Positions 11,799-26,632 of a stretch of 64,000 nucleotides of DNA are shown one piece after another. This DNA comes from Octopus vulgaris (taxonomy: Eukaryota): the NCBI GenBank assembly GCA_951406725.2, contig OX597826.1, positions 37,572,001-37,636,000 on the forward strand, given 5' to 3'. The notes below the pieces were generated by a model. It was not told the DNA's origin. It searched no databases and saw only the letters and a program-made list of their open reading frames with translations. The position numbers were made by a program, and so were the translations under genes. Positions within the stretch are counted from its first letter, which is position 1. Every line of letters begins with the position of its first letter.

Positions 11799-12751
11799 AT
11801 TTATTATAATGATTATTTCTCCTAGTAAAGTTACTCCCAACGTGTTAGCACCGACCTTACCATTTGGTTTTCATGCAGATCGTATCTCCAGGTATTTTCT
11901 TCAAATTTATATTATGTACTGATGTTTTCAAACTCGCAACGTTTACATTTCATCAATCTTTCCTCAAACATATTTTGTAGCTTAACGCAAATTTTAGTGA
12001 AAATTGCCTGCAACACAATAAGGTTATTATTTAAGAGTAGAAATTCAATTAATCAATGGTTTGAGAACAAGCCACTTAATTCGTCAGAATTTATAAGAGA
12101 AGAATTAACATCCAAGTTAATAAACTGTGGTAAACCTATTTTGGTGAATATTACTAAACCGTGCGGCCTCCCATCTCTGCCATAAGAGTTTATATCTTCA
12201 CAGGTACATAGTTTGGGTTGTCGTAAACCCATGCTCTAAGCAGTTACTAATTCCTTCTTCACCCGAACATCTTCCTGCAATTGTCCATTTTTGTGGGCGG
12301 GTGTTGGTTCTGCTTTGCAGCTTATCGCACTACAATTCTACATACTCATGGCTACAGACTCTAATTCCAGACCAGTCAATGAAAAGGAAAATTCATGGAA
12401 TTAAGCTGAACATTGGTGGACCTTAAAATACAAGGAGATCAACAAACGCATGTCAGAGAACAAATGGTGACTGTCTTTTCTACCTCGAAAATATTGCTAC
12501 AAGGAACGACAAATTGCAAAGCACCAATATCAACCTCTAGAAGAACCTGTAATGCAAAACACTAGAGTTATTGTCTCTGGTGGCATCATCGTCTCTTCAG
12601 AACCGATCAGTGTTGAACATTACAAGACAGCTGTCAACTTCAGATGGAAGAATTATATGATATCGCAACATCTATAATTTAGATCGTTCTTTACAAAAAG
12701 ATATATAATATATAATATCTACAGCCTAAAATGCGGACAGAAATCAGTAAT

Positions 12752-12931
12752 TTGTGTGTGTGTATGCGTGTGTGTGTGTGTGTGCGTGTGTGTGTGTGTA
12801 AAGTAAGAGAGTATGTGTAAAGCGTTAGAGAGGGAGAGAGAGAATGAAAGAGACGGACACAGAAAGAGAAAGAGAGAGAAGCAGACACTACGTAGCTACG
12901 TAGATATATACATATATATACATACACATAA

Positions 12932-13029
<98 letters not shown>

Positions 13030-13262
13030 TAAATTGGGAATAGTTTGCTTTATATTTTATTTTAACAATGATATAATGACGATCAAATGCAGATGTTTTT
13101 ACGAAGAAAAATACCATTGACTTGTAATTATTGTTTTGTGTATGTGTATATAAGTATATATATGTGTGTGTTTGTGTGTGTGTGTATACATATATATGTA
13201 TATACACACACACATATATATACTTATATATATACATATATATGTATATAACAATATATATA
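12752..13262. repeat. Compound (GT)/(GA)/(TA)n microsatellite cluster
   Basis: Includes a long pure (TA)n at about 12936-13022. Confidence 0.95.
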
Positions 13263-13683
13263 CATAATTTTGATTTATTGTATTATAATATATTTATCTC
13301 CAACAATGCTATTCGGAGATTGTATGACATACTGCTTCATGTTGGAAGAATTTTTATATAAACCTATACTTTTGAAATACTTTGGTATATTGCTGTGTGG
13401 AATCTTCTCTATTCGAAAAATCTTTGCAAATTATAACATGGTAAATAATTATGTCGCCCTCCTTCAATTATTGATTTTTTTTCTGCTTAAGATTTTATAA
13501 AGATTAAATTCATTTTCTACAGGATTTCTTTTAGATATATTTCTTGTTATAAACACTTAATTATTCTCTATCTTTTTACTGAGGTTTCTATTTCGTTCTA
13601 TATAGGTATAAGAATATTTATAGATATAAGTATAGAATATATGTTTGGACATATATCTAGTTTTCTATGTATGTGTGTGTAGA

Positions 13684-13716
<33 letters not shown>

Positions 13717-14755
13717 GTGTGTGTGCCTCTATATTTATTATATATAAAAAATAATATAATAAATTTTGGCCGAGTTATCTATGGAATGGAACTATTATCA
13801 GAAGGGTGTATTCAGGATTTTAACAGCGTAAAAGGAGTTCGAGGGTTAAGCTTTCCACAACCTCAACTATGGAAATAAAATGAAGCCTTAAGCGAAAAGT
13901 TTGAAATAATGATAAGTGTTAACAATTTCTCGCACACGTATACACATTGAAACCTAGAAACTCACTATAACACACACACACATACACTGAGCTAATGTAA
14001 ACAGGTGTATACACACGTATACATTCACACACACGCTGAGTTTTCGTACTTACATATTAGTGCCCAGTCATATTTTTATCCACTGCTCAAGCTTAAGATG
14101 TGACTCGTCACATACACACACACTGAACGAATACAAACATGTATACACACATATATATAAACACACACATAGATACGCGCGCGCGTGCACACACACATCT
14201 CACTACACTACACTCCGAGTTTTCGGAATTATACATGTTAGTCCCCAGCGGCTCATTCTTCAAATTTGACTAATCACACACGCACACACATACACACACA
14301 CACACACTTACACATACGCACGCACACACACTTACACACACACACACACACATATGCTCATAATCTCGCATGCAATCCAGCGGACAAAATGAAATCTAAA
14401 ACTACTGTTCGAAATGCTAGAAATAGCAGCCAAATCTGCTAATCAAACACTGCCATTCTTTAAAAGAAACGACATCACAATGGCTGTTAATAACGCTGAT
14501 ATTCCAATATAGAAACAACAGCAAAGAGCGGTTCATTGTAGAAATGTCTAGAGCGGTTGCAAAGTTTTATGCTGCGTCTTCTAGCTGTATCTGTTGTAGG
14601 TTCAAATCCTGCAGACACCAACTTGGCATTTCATCATCTCGAGATCAACGTGGAAACTAAGTCTATACACGGCTCATGCCTTTTCTCTCCAATTCTTTTT
14701 CTTCGAATCATTCTTTCTTTTCTTTTTCCTTAACTCTTCCCTCACTCTCACACTA

Positions 14756-14948
<193 letters not shown>

Positions 14949-16330
14949 GAGTGAGAGAGCAGTGCATGCCATCAAAGTGACACTGGGGTAAAATATAGGA
15001 AGCCCAGTATACTCATCATGACTGCCCGTCTGATAAGGATGCACCAGGCACATGCATCACAATCATATGTGCGCGACATAGTGATCTCAAGTCAAGATAA
15101 ACAGCACATGACCTTGCAGGTGGGGCCCAGTTAGAATTTTATTCTGGTAGAGTAACTCATGATTCCCCACTCTTAGTTCAGTTCTCCAACATTTCACAAT
15201 GTTCCATATAAAGCTTCTCATGTTTCCTGCTATTCCATACATTTTCATTGTTCTTCTTATCCAGGAATGTGGTATCATATCGTAGGCTTTATGATAGCCA
15301 ATCCATGCCAAGCTCAGGTTTGAGTATCTTCTCTTATAATTACTGATACTTACATTATCAATTTACAGTTGATCTTTCGTTGCCTGGATGTCATTCCGGC
15401 ACCCCTTCTGTTCAGTAGGTAGCAGCCCACTTTTTCTAAGTTTATACAGTTCACTAGCCACATGCACCAGACAATAGTTTCCATTGTTGGTTGAAAGTTG
15501 GATGTAACATTTCCCTTTTCGGGATCCTTGGCCCATAACAAGGTTTTTCCTTTTGTAATCCAGCGGGGTGCTGCGCCTTCCTGCAAACACTCATCTAGCT
15601 GTTGTGCTATCCTTTCATGGAACCCTCTCAGTTTCTTCATCCAATATCCTTGGACACTATCCGGCCTTAGGTTCTTCTAATGTGAGATTTTCCTTAACCG
15701 TCCTTTTATAATTTCTGTAATTATTTTTAGTTTGTCTTGACCTTGTATATTTCTTAACTTATCTTGGATTTCATGCAGCCACTCCGCTTTATCATCATGC
15801 TTTAGAGGTTGATTCCAGATCCCTCCCCATAATGCTCTGCTTTCGTTTGCATCTAATAATGTTAATGTTAGGTGTGATTGCCTATTCAGTTCTTGAAACA
15901 GTTTTTCTTCTGATTGGCTTCTAGCAATCTACTCTGCCTGAATTGATTTCTTCTGCTGTCATATCCTTCCAGTTTTGCCTCGTTTGCTACGACTCTTTAT
16001 TTTCATCCTTCTAATACCACACCTTATCGCTTATTCTATATGTTCTTTCAAGTCTTGTTTTATGCTTTTGCTTTGCAATTTCTCTCTTTTCAAACTATCA
16101 ATTTACCCACATATCTTAAACTTTGTTTTAACAAATCCCTCTACGCCAGTATGGTTATTTGCACTCTGTATTCTCATTTTCTATCCACATCTGTCTGCAG
16201 CAACCATAGCTGCAGCTCTTACAATCTTGTTGTTTTCAGTAATATTTCCAGCCAAGAATTGTCCAAACATAGAATCTATCTCTTTGGTTGTAGCGTTTAG
16301 CTTGCACTTATCAACAAACCTCAGATTTTG
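14949..16330 (-). mobile_element. Dong/R4-clade retrotransposon: N-terminal ORF and RT start joined to a probable 3' end
   Basis: Minus strand encodes LWGGIWNQP, PDSVQGYWMKKL...WITKGKTLL, LLPTEQKGCR...TKDQL and LAWIGYHKAYDMIPHSWI. Similarity stops near 15160 and ~210 bp of non-RT sequence run into the TAA array. Confidence 0.85.
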
Positions 16331-16951
16331 ATCTGGTCTTCCTTAATATGTCGGCGCATCATCCTCATTGTGACCTGTTGATCATTATCGTATTCTCGTA
16401 ATACAGATCTTACTTTTATCCTCTCGGGAGCCGGAAAATATTGTCTGAAGATTCTTCTTCTTCTCTTTTTCTGAATTGTATCAGTGACTTGAAGATTCCT
16501 CTTTGTCACATTGAGTCATGCTCATTTGGTTTGCATATTAAGTTACACTTATCTATCACGAGCTCGAAGAGATGTGTGATCATCGTGCTGACTGACGGAG
16601 GTCCACCATTGCTTTTTCTTATATTTTATAGAAGAGATATCATAATTGCCTAAAATTGAAAGACTTACTAAATCAAACAAGAGAAGAAATACATTTTCGG
16701 TAAACGTTTTACTTTTTCTTTTTGGCTTTCAGATTTGTTCTGAAGAACATTTAAGACACATGCACTGTGTTGATAGTTGAAGCATTAATAACTAATACAT
16801 GTTGGTGAATACTGACATTAGCAAAATAGCGAGATAGACGACAAGTTTGTTCTTTCTTTACATTTGATTGAAGGACATCATTGCTTCATTTCGGCTTTTG
16901 GACAAACTTCGAAATTCCCTCTTTATTCCCCTCCCTTTATCTCTGTCTCTC

Positions 16952-17009
<58 letters not shown>

Positions 17010-17656
17010 TCCCTCTGATGTAATTACTGCTATTGTACTCACCTAAACTTGCGTCATCCCGACAGATTCACAGAAGAATATCCATATTGCATTGAATCTG
17101 TGATGTTTTCAATATTATTTTGTTGCTTTTATTTGTATTTCACTGATTCAATTCCCGACACTTGTTTAGCTTCTGGAACACCCAATAAGCTGGTTCAGGA
17201 ACAAAGGTAAAATCTTCTCCGCATTCAAGTTACTGAGGGAGTTCGACATTGAAATGTAGGTTTTGGAAACCTGTCTAATCATTGGTTCATTACTTTGACA
17301 ACATTATGTGTCAGGTTTGTAAATTTTCCAGAAAAGCTATTTCGATGCATTCGTGCCTTTCTGGGAAAATTTTACTTCATCACATAGAATAACTTTAGTT
17401 CAGTCGAGAGCAGAAAAGGGGATGGTGTGAATTTAAATCCTCTCCCAGGGTCTACAAAATAAAGTACCTGTCACGTACTGACCTAAACTTAATAGACCAT
17501 TGCCAAAATCATAAATTATTTTGTCATTCAATGGCATTGGGCAGGATAGATTTTACAAATAATTACATTATTCGCATTGTAATTAGTATTTGTCTAGAGC
17601 CAGAATTTAGTTTTTACGACTAATCTTGGAGGCATGAATTTTTCATTTACAGAAAT

Positions 17657-17668
<12 letters not shown>

Positions 17669-17735
<67 letters not shown>

Positions 17736-17921
17736 AGTATGCATTATGTATGTACTTATGCGTGTATGCATATATGTATATATTCTACCTCCATGTTATT
17801 TAATGTAGCTCATACTTTTGTACTCCTCATTCAGAAACTCTCTTCGTTGTTAGTCTCCTACTGCCACCACTCAGTCCGTTCTATTTAACGATCTCTGCCA
17901 ATCTCATTTCACTCATGTTCT

Positions 17922-17998
<77 letters not shown>
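17669..17998. repeat. (GT)n (17669-17731) and (CT)n (about 17927-17998) microsatellites
   Basis: Seen directly. Confidence 0.95.
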
Positions 17999-18001
<3 letters not shown>

Positions 18002-21000
18002 CACTATATGCAGCTCTTCCTTCCCACAAAATAGATTATCTGTTCTTGTCGTTGTCCATGGTTTTCCTTCAGTCCTGAACCCATATATATTCAAGGGAAT
18101 CCTTAATCTCACGGACCCCAAGTATGACGCCGGTGCTATAAGCGCCAGCGTAGGAGCTACCATATTGTTTAGAGAGATCAATTTAAAAAGGGACAAACTA
18201 CTAATTAGATTATTAGCATAACTGAAAATTCTGGCTTAATCTTACCAAATTAGCTGTATAGTTCTTGAAGCAAAAATAACATATTCTAAGGCGTAAAAAT
18301 GATGGAAGCGCTTGAGCATGTAATAGAATTACTGTGAATGATAGTTTCAGATTCCTACATCCTGAATTCAATTTTCGCTGATATCACGTACGCTTTCCTT
18401 CACCTCGGGATTGATAAAGCAATAGTACAGCACAAGACCCGAATCTTGTTATTTGTTCTGAATGAAATCTTCTATGGTCATCGATGGAGAAGGTTGACTT
18501 AGGATTAAAAACACAAAACATGTTTAGTGTCAAGACATCTGCTACAATCCATTGGGAGTCTGGAGGACAACAGAGAACACAAATCTGGAAACAGAAGTCT
18601 TTAGTTTCCAAACTGTCCATATTTATGCTATAATAAAGCAGTTTATAAATTAGTTTCGAGTATGTAGCTTATACTAAAAGGTAGTCATTATTAAGTCCAC
18701 ACTGACAAATATTGTAAACCGATATTTACGAATCACATATTTGCCGGTAACTTTTAAATAAAGTATAGGTTATAAACAGAATAGTGAGCGATTTTAGGTT
18801 TCGATTCAGCCACTAATATTCCCATTAACCTAGCTATTGCAGAGTCTAGTCTTACTCAGCGCGGACTATAAACATCCTAAGTAGAATTGCAGTCTTCAAT
18901 GTTTTAACTCTGCTATCATCATTTCATTAGAAGTTAGCTATGAACATAAGACAGCTTAATGAATCCATATGCCTTCATTACTTAATGTTAAATAGAGATC
19001 AAGAAACGATAAAGTGGAATGTTATGCTTAATGCGAAATTGTAAGTTCGTTTGGAATCTTACAACTATTAGGAAAGTACGATTAACCGTCCAATCTGCTC
19101 ACTTATATCTTTTGTACTGATCAAATTGGATTCAATTACGTTTTAAGGGTCAGATCTGAACGATCGGCAAATCTCCCTCTGGGCCTGCCAATAAAAATAA
19201 GTAGGTAAATATAGAATACTTTCAGTGAATCGGCTGGATATAATACTGAATCGTATTTAGAGAGAAATATATCGTTAACAATAACACGAAATAAAGAAAA
19301 CTTGGAGGTTAAAAACAGTCGAACTTAATAACAGTTTTGAACATTAGGCTTAAAAGCATTTTGGTAAGTGAAGCCATATATGTGTCGGAAGAACTGAGAA
19401 TAGAAGATACAGTTGTTTGGAATATAATATATCATTATGTAATATTTGTTGAAAGGAAAATGTCTTCTGCAACAAATATATAATGTAGATGTAACAAGTG
19501 TGGTATAAAAGTGTTTTCGAGAGGAAAACTTTCTGCATGAAATCATTATAAACGTTAGTTATTAGTAAAATATAACAGAGGTGGCAATATCTGTGTGCGC
19601 GTGTGTGCGTATATAATATATATTATATGTATACATATGTATGTATATATGTATGTATATATGTATGTATATATAGAGAGAGAGGGAGAGAGAGAGGAAG
19701 GGAGAAATACATACATATATATATATATGTATGTGTGTGTGTGTGTGTGTGTGTATACATAGAGTCCTCCAATTCTGTTGGTAGTGATCTCGCCGTTTAT
19801 TCAAACTGTCGGTCTCTGTTATGGGACTAAAATAAAATTTCGGAGTCTCATTAGGATAGTTTTCCGTAATCTTGGTGTAAAAAGGATTGTTGCATTTTTT
19901 CTTCTTTTCATATTATCTACAAAGGCACCAAGGATTCAAATCCTTTAGCAAGCATTCTCTGTTGAGGTTCGTCCCTCGGCCCTTGCACTCCATAATCTAA
20001 TCTGCTCAGCAACACCTTCTTTTTTGTATGGATGTTACCCCATGTATCATTTTGCTCCACATTTTCTTTTGACGCCCAATAGACATGAACGATAATGATA
20101 GAAATTTGCACGTTATTTTGTGATTGTATTCTTATGACCATGGTTACCTAGTCATATATAGATTTCTCATCGGTTCGACTTCAACATCAACTCTACTCCT
20201 CATCCTGTCTTCATTAATAAAATTGTGTTTAAGATATTTAAATCTGTTGAACACCATTTACAAGCCATGAGGTCGGTTTCGTCAGTTTCTCTTCGTCAAT
20301 GTCAACTCATGGCTCTGCCATGAATTTAATCAGCAAAACTTTTTGCATATGCCTACAAGTTGAGAAAAGCATTGAGTTTTAGACTTCTTTTGCTTTTTTT
20401 TTTTTTGCTTTTACTCAGGATTGGAGTGGAACGGCAAATGACATAAGCCTCTTCGTAAGCTAGAATTTACTGAAATTACACCAGTTGTTAAGAACACGGA
20501 GAAACGTTGCCAGTACAGAGTAGAAAAAGTAAGGATGATATTTTAATTGTGGTATTAGAGACATGACCAATAATGCAGAACAGGATTGTATGACAATATG
20601 ACTGGTACTTAATTTGTTGATCTAAGAGAGCTACAATATATTGTTCTTATCACATAATTATTGTGCAGCCATAACTTAATGATGTTTAGCGTTTGGCGTA
20701 TGTTTATTGTGGCGTGGTTCAAACATAAGCCAAACACTAAATATCAGTCTTTGGCAGCGGAATAACATGGAAGTTAAAAGTCTTCGAGTTACACAGATTC
20801 TTTCGTGTGAATAGAAGCAGTTGATAGTTAGCACATGTGTGAACCTAATTCAATATTTGGCATTATTTTGTTTAAGCTAGAGATTCGCAAAGAACGTAAA
20901 AGCATGGGATGGGAGTAGAACATGGAAGGAAAAAGAAGGAAAAGAAAGGAAAACAAGGAAAGGAAATGGACAATATTGATGATGATGATGACGACGATGA

Positions 21001-21940
21001 CAACCACCACCACCACGACGAAGATGATGATGATGATAATGAACATCATCCTTATCCTCATCTTCATCAACACCATCACCACTGCTACCACCATCAATCC
21101 CACCACGGTATCGGTAGTGGTGGCGGTGCGATGGTGACAGCGATGGTCGTGGCGGAGACGTTGACGAGAGCGACGACAACAATAATGATGATTATAATGA
21201 TAGTGAGGAAGATAAGAAGAAAGTGTTGAAGCGGTGCACGAAGATAAAAAGACTGCTGACGTTGATGGAATAGATATTATCTTTCAGCAGTGGTAAAATG
21301 ATTGGAAATGTGTTTACTAATTGGAGGAATAATTATGGGGCAGCCAATTCGAAATACTAAGAAACCATTGAAATAGTTCTCAACTCGTGGAAATGATTAA
21401 AGAACATTTGATTTATGAATGTCTAGCATGACTTAAGATTAACATGTTATTTCCCACATGATTTTATTTATAAAGTTCATTTTTCATCGAGTTTAGTTCC
21501 GTAATTGAATCTTGGAGACTCACCAATTTGAAAGGTGTTTTTGTTTTTTTATGGTTTGTTTGTTTTATTTTTCTCGTGGAATTACAGATTGTAATATCTT
21601 GGAAAAATGTAATTCTTAATAAACACTGATCGTTATTTCGAATCAATGTTAACAAGATTAGATGGGTTATTAAAATTAGCCATTGCTCTCGTTGTTGTAT
21701 TGATTGTATTAATTTCTTAAAGATAGCTATGGTATTTATCATTTCATGCATATATTTTATCTGGATGAAGTAAAAATGTTTAAAAGTTTACAAAATATGC
21801 CAGAGTTACTAGGCAACGTCTATTAAATATAAGGTATGGTTTCTAAAAGCAAATATAAGTTTTGAACTCATAGTAAATTCTGACATATATTATAGTGTCG
21901 TGCACGTAGGATATATATAGAAGACTGTAGCCTATAAATA

Positions 21941-22083
21941 TTCTTTTCTACTCTAGGCACAAGGCCCGACATTTTTGGGGTAGGGGCCAGTCGATTAGAT
22001 CGACCCCAGTACGCAACTGGTACTAAATTTATCAACCCTGAAAGGATGAAAGGCAAAGACGACCTCGGCGCAATTTGAATTCA
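21941..22083 (-). mobile_element. SINE, 5'-truncated (family of 39037-39481)
   Basis: The reverse complement reads ttcaaattgcgccgaggtcgtctttgcctttcatcctttcagggttgataaatttagtaccagttgcgtactggggtcgat, matching the body at 39139-39220. Confidence 0.85.
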
Positions 22084-22199
22084 AAAGCATGTAAATATTG
22101 CATACATTAGGATGGTGTTGTATGCGATGATCGACTGCATTTTTTCATTTAAATACTCGTCGAAAGCTTGTTCTAGTTGAGAGGGGCTAAAATCTAAAT

Positions 22200-24438
22200 T
22201 CAATAATAATGGAAAGTCATTTGATCAAAATGTTTGGACTTCACAAATAAGGCGGTTTTGAATGAATCTAGTTGCTGAAGAAAATTGTAACAAACATAAT
22301 TTAGAGAAAGGACAGAATTTTAAAGGCAGGAAGATCATCGATGCTTTGGTGCAGGACCCAGAGTCACTCCTGAAAGTTAAAAGGAGCAGCAGGAAGAAAT
22401 GGTGCGGGATCAACTTGGAGATATTAATCCATGTGAAACCAGACAATATCGTGAAGATCCCGGTCCTGTTCCAGCTGCCCAAAGGGGTGCAACTGCGTGT
22501 CGTCGTGGAAGGCAGGAAGCCCAGCTATGATGCTTTTGGGGGCACAAAGCACCTGAGAGCCTTCTTCCTCCAAACGTCGGGAAGTACGCGGCCAAACCAG
22601 CAGCCTATAACGCACCCCCAACAACAGAGACATTTTGATAGAACTACAGCCTCACTCCTAATAACAACAGAGGCACGTGAACACCATACAATGGGAAATA
22701 CCACCCAGGATATCTGTCAAACTAACCCCCACATCACCCCCTCTATTAAGCATACATTCACACAATCACTCTCGCATTATCACAGATACACTCACACTCC
22801 CTGCGACTGACCATACAGATGCTAGCCACTACTCATCACGTAGTGAAGACGAAGAAAAACCCTACAAATAAACGAAAATAGGCAAAGGAAACAGAAAACA
22901 AAAGAACTTGCATAACCAGTCGAAAGCACAGAAACCCCAGCATCTCGACCATAGACACAGCGACAAAAACACCAGCACTTCCAACCCCACAACCACCACT
23001 AGCCCAACCAAATCCACCAAATATCAACTAGGAGATGCCAGTGTGCCTGCAGTTCGGCTCCTGGAGAAGCAGGTCTATGCCAGCAGACAGCGCTGTAAGG
23101 CGCTGGACGGAAGGACCGGTTAGATTGCTCGGGGTCTGGTTTGGTTCAGATCTCCAGGTGGACAATAGCTGGGAGGAGGTGACGAGCAGGGGAGCCAATC
23201 TCACCCAGAAATGAGTAGAATGGAAACTGTGCCTGAAGGGTCGGGCGGAGGTGGCGAAAGCGTACATCGCTTCAATCATCTACTGACCTTCGTCCTTTGC
23301 TCCACTTCGTGTCTGATATAGTGGAAGAATGGGCGTGTCGTGACTAATGATTCTCAGACATGCGCAGAGAATGCGACACTTTCAGCATTTCCTTAACCGT
23401 GAGCAGGTGTGGTCTCCGATTATCAAAAGGGACTTTTCGCAGCTCGTCTCATTGATGGAGCTACAGTCTTGTGTCAAGCACAGACCAAGAAAGAGCGCTT
23501 GGCACCTAGAGTGTCGGGCAAGCGCTCATGGTCTTCTGCGAGTCGGGCAACGCGATTGGTGGAAGTTCCACCAAGGACTCCTTTGGGGGATTAGTGGAGG
23601 GGAGGAACGATGACGTACACGGAAACTCTGGGCGTCGAGAGGGATCAACTAACTGGGGTTTTTCCGGAGGACTTCCGGATAAAGACTTATGAATAACTCC
23701 TAGAAATCCTGGCCTGGCTGTGCTACCAGGGAGGTGTGCAGATTCGAGACAACCTCTACAGACACGGAAGCGCTGCCAGACGAACCTGTCCGAGGTGTGC
23801 GCAGGACGATGAAACCGCATTGCATGCACTCGTCCAGTGTTTGTGCATTACTGATCTGTTGTCAAGTGTAGGATGGATCTGTTTATAATCCGAGTCCATT
23901 TTGATGATCGCGCCGCCACCTTATTTTGGCCGGGAGGGAACGGCAGTTATCCTCTGCCTGGTTGCTAAAGTGAAAGAGGTAGTGTGGTGGACGAGGTTGA
24001 TAGGACTGAAGACACACACTTTCCTCTTTCCACTTCCCTCATCGAATTTTTAAGTTCCACTTGAAAAGGGAAGTGAGGGTAGAGAAGGAAGTACTGCCCC
24101 ACCCCCCAGTAAGTTTGTTGAACGGTGGGTGAATGTTGCGAAAATGGTTCATGGGAATGGGCCAACACTGAATATTCGTCTGTAAGCCAGAGCAGTTGAG
24201 GAGAAGAGTGCTGACCTGGAGCACTCTTGGCAGTTGAGGTGACCAGAATGTGTGGCTACCCTGGTCGGCCCAGGGTGAAACTCCCCACTTTCGGGGAATT
24301 TTGTTGTTTAATTTTTGATGTTGTTCACTGTCTTTGTTTTTGTTTATATTGTTTACATATTTTTCTGTTTTAAACCCCACTTGTCCCTTCTTTAGTATCG
24401 TCCCTAATTGTTTTGTGGCTAATAAAGAAATTATTATT
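22200..24438 (+). mobile_element. L1/Tx1-group LINE remnant: ORF1-like segment + ORF2 C-terminus + 3' end
   Basis: From 23104, WTEGPVRLLGVWFG...SWEEV...KLCLKGRAEVAKAYIAS (post-RT thumb of L1/Tx1); TCPRCAQDDETALHALVQC at 23784-23840 (CCHC); AATAAA at 24421 and an (ATT) tail. ORF 22262-22810 has VVVEGRKPSYDAFGGTKHLRAFF, resembling a decayed gag knuckle. The 5' boundary is uncertain. Confidence 0.8.
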
Positions 24439-24474
24439 GTTGTTGTTGTTGTTATAACAATGACAATGATGCAT

Positions 24475-24506
<32 letters not shown>

Positions 24507-25533
24507 GATGATGATGATGAGAATAATGATAATGATAATTTTGAATATGATGCAGATGATGGTGATGATGTAGTTGATGATGATGATGAAGTGCAGGAAG
24601 AGAGGGAGGAGGAGTAAGAGAAGTAGGGGAACGATGAGGAAGAGTAGGATAACGCCATTGAGAGTGACAACAATGATGATAAAGATATTAACAGAACTAG
24701 ATGAGCCATTGTCTGACATTTTAATACTCGACATCGACAGGCCTGAAAAAAAATAGCGAATAAAATAATGTTATTTTGCATTTGATGAGGAAAACATGAA
24801 AATAAACGGAGAGGAAATGCACAAACAACTAGAATGCATTATATTAACTCGAGAAACAACAACAACCACATCGACAACAATAGCAGTAACAGCAACGTAA
24901 AATAAACATGGCACATCATAACACCGAACAAAAAAATGAGAAAATAAAACAACCTCAGGAATGAGCAAATGTAAAAATTAAAACTTTGATTAATAAATAA
25001 GCAAAGAATTAGAAAAAATAAAACATGGACTAGTTTAATCGTTCTTTGTTTCCAGTTTTTAATTTTTTTCAGCTTTTAAGTGCAATGGTACTTTTTGTGT
25101 TTTTCCTTTTTGCGTAAACCGGAAGCAGCCTTATTGTAACATGTCGAATATCTGAAGCGAAGAGCATCGACTGGCTTTGAGGTTACTGGTGCACAAAAAT
25201 GCATTCTTTTAGAAACAAAGAATTTGTCTGCAGCCAATGGGAAATACACGAGTGTAGTGTTTCCATGGTTGCACACTTGTACAAACAAACACACACAAAC
25301 ATCGCTCACAAATGCATACACACAAATAAATACACACTCTATATGTGAGTAAATATAGATTGATAGATAGGTAGATATACAAGATACACAAGCATATATA
25401 TGCATACTTATATATATATACATACATATTTATATATATATATATGTATGTATGTATGTATACATATGGTATTGAGAATTCTCGATCGGCTCTTTTCAGA
25501 CGATTATGGTCAGTTACTGTATATTCTTTCATT

Positions 25534-25960
25534 CATGTGCCTTAACTATCGCATTAGAGCGGTTTCGCTCTTATTTCTAGCAATGTTGGTGTTTTCTAAT
25601 ACCCTAGTCATATTTAGTGACAATTATAAATTTTCCCTTTTGATGAAGTATGGCAAACTGCTGTTTACATTAATTTTATTTATGCACATTAGCGAATCGC
25701 TAAATCATCCAATAATTTGTTGGATGACAAGAACATAAATACTAATGCCGAAGCGAATCGGAAAAGAGTCGAACAAACGAGCGGGCTTATCTGATGTGGC
25801 AACGGAAATTGCCGAAACTGATAAGCACTTTTCGTATGATTATCATCCTTGTTAGCGTTTATGTTTTCATACATGTACGTTAACTACAGCATTAAGACGA
25901 TTTAGCTCTTATTTCTAGTACTGTAGTTGTTTTCTAACACCCTACTCACATTTACTGACA
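25534..25960 (+). repeat. 89-bp diverged direct repeats (25534-25622, 25872-25960), spacing 338 bp
   Basis: Ungapped manual alignment, 17 mismatches in 89 positions. Confidence 0.9.
25785..25826 (+). ncRNA. Degenerate minimal type I hammerhead-like motif
   Basis: gcttat-CTGATGt-ggcaa(cggaaa)ttgcc-GAAA-ctg-ataagc. Stems I and II are perfect, but A9 is changed to U and the cleavage segment is shortened. Confidence 0.55.
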
Positions 25961-25994
<34 letters not shown>

Positions 25995-26057
25995 AACAAA
26001 GATAAATGCGATACAATAAAATTAATTATAATCGCCGGTGTACCAGTACGGTGTACC

Positions 26058-26108
<51 letters not shown>

Positions 26109-26632
26109 CATATATAAATACATAACTATAACATAAATACACGGGTGACATTCCGTTACAACGAAGTTGCCAGGATATAAAGATAGCGTCCCTCAAAAGG
26201 AAAAATCCGTTCTAAGATCACCAAAACCAAAAGGCAAACTCAATTTCCTGTGCATATGATAAAAAATATTTTAAGTTGGACAGTAAGGGCAGCAATGAAT
26301 CAGAATATTTTCTATAATACATGAACCATTAGTTAAACGAAAGCGTTTCATCGGGGACCATCTTATTTGTTAAAATATCAGAGGTTTCTCTTCCAAATTC
26401 GATCCAACCACAATCATTTTTTTAGTTTGTGTCCTAATTGATATTCTTTATTGTTTGTATGTCTATCTTTATAGATCTGTCTCCAAATTTTTTTTTTCTC
26501 CATTGTAGCGAGAAAGTTTGTCTGCTAGTAACTCAATTTTGTGTCGTTGTACTGCAATATTCCTTGTAGCGTATTGCGTATTGAAGTAACTCCGCATTGC
26601 TTGAATGGAATTATAGCCGGAGTTTGAAAAAT

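Noticed and set aside
19917-20141. Possible RTE 3' remnant on the minus strand (similar hints at 12360-12660 and 33020-33200)
   Set aside because: Motif similarity is too weak to call by eye.
20265-20315. Minus-strand ctgacgaaac hammerhead-like motif
   Set aside because: No stem II; better explained as a decayed piece of the 48287 SINE family.
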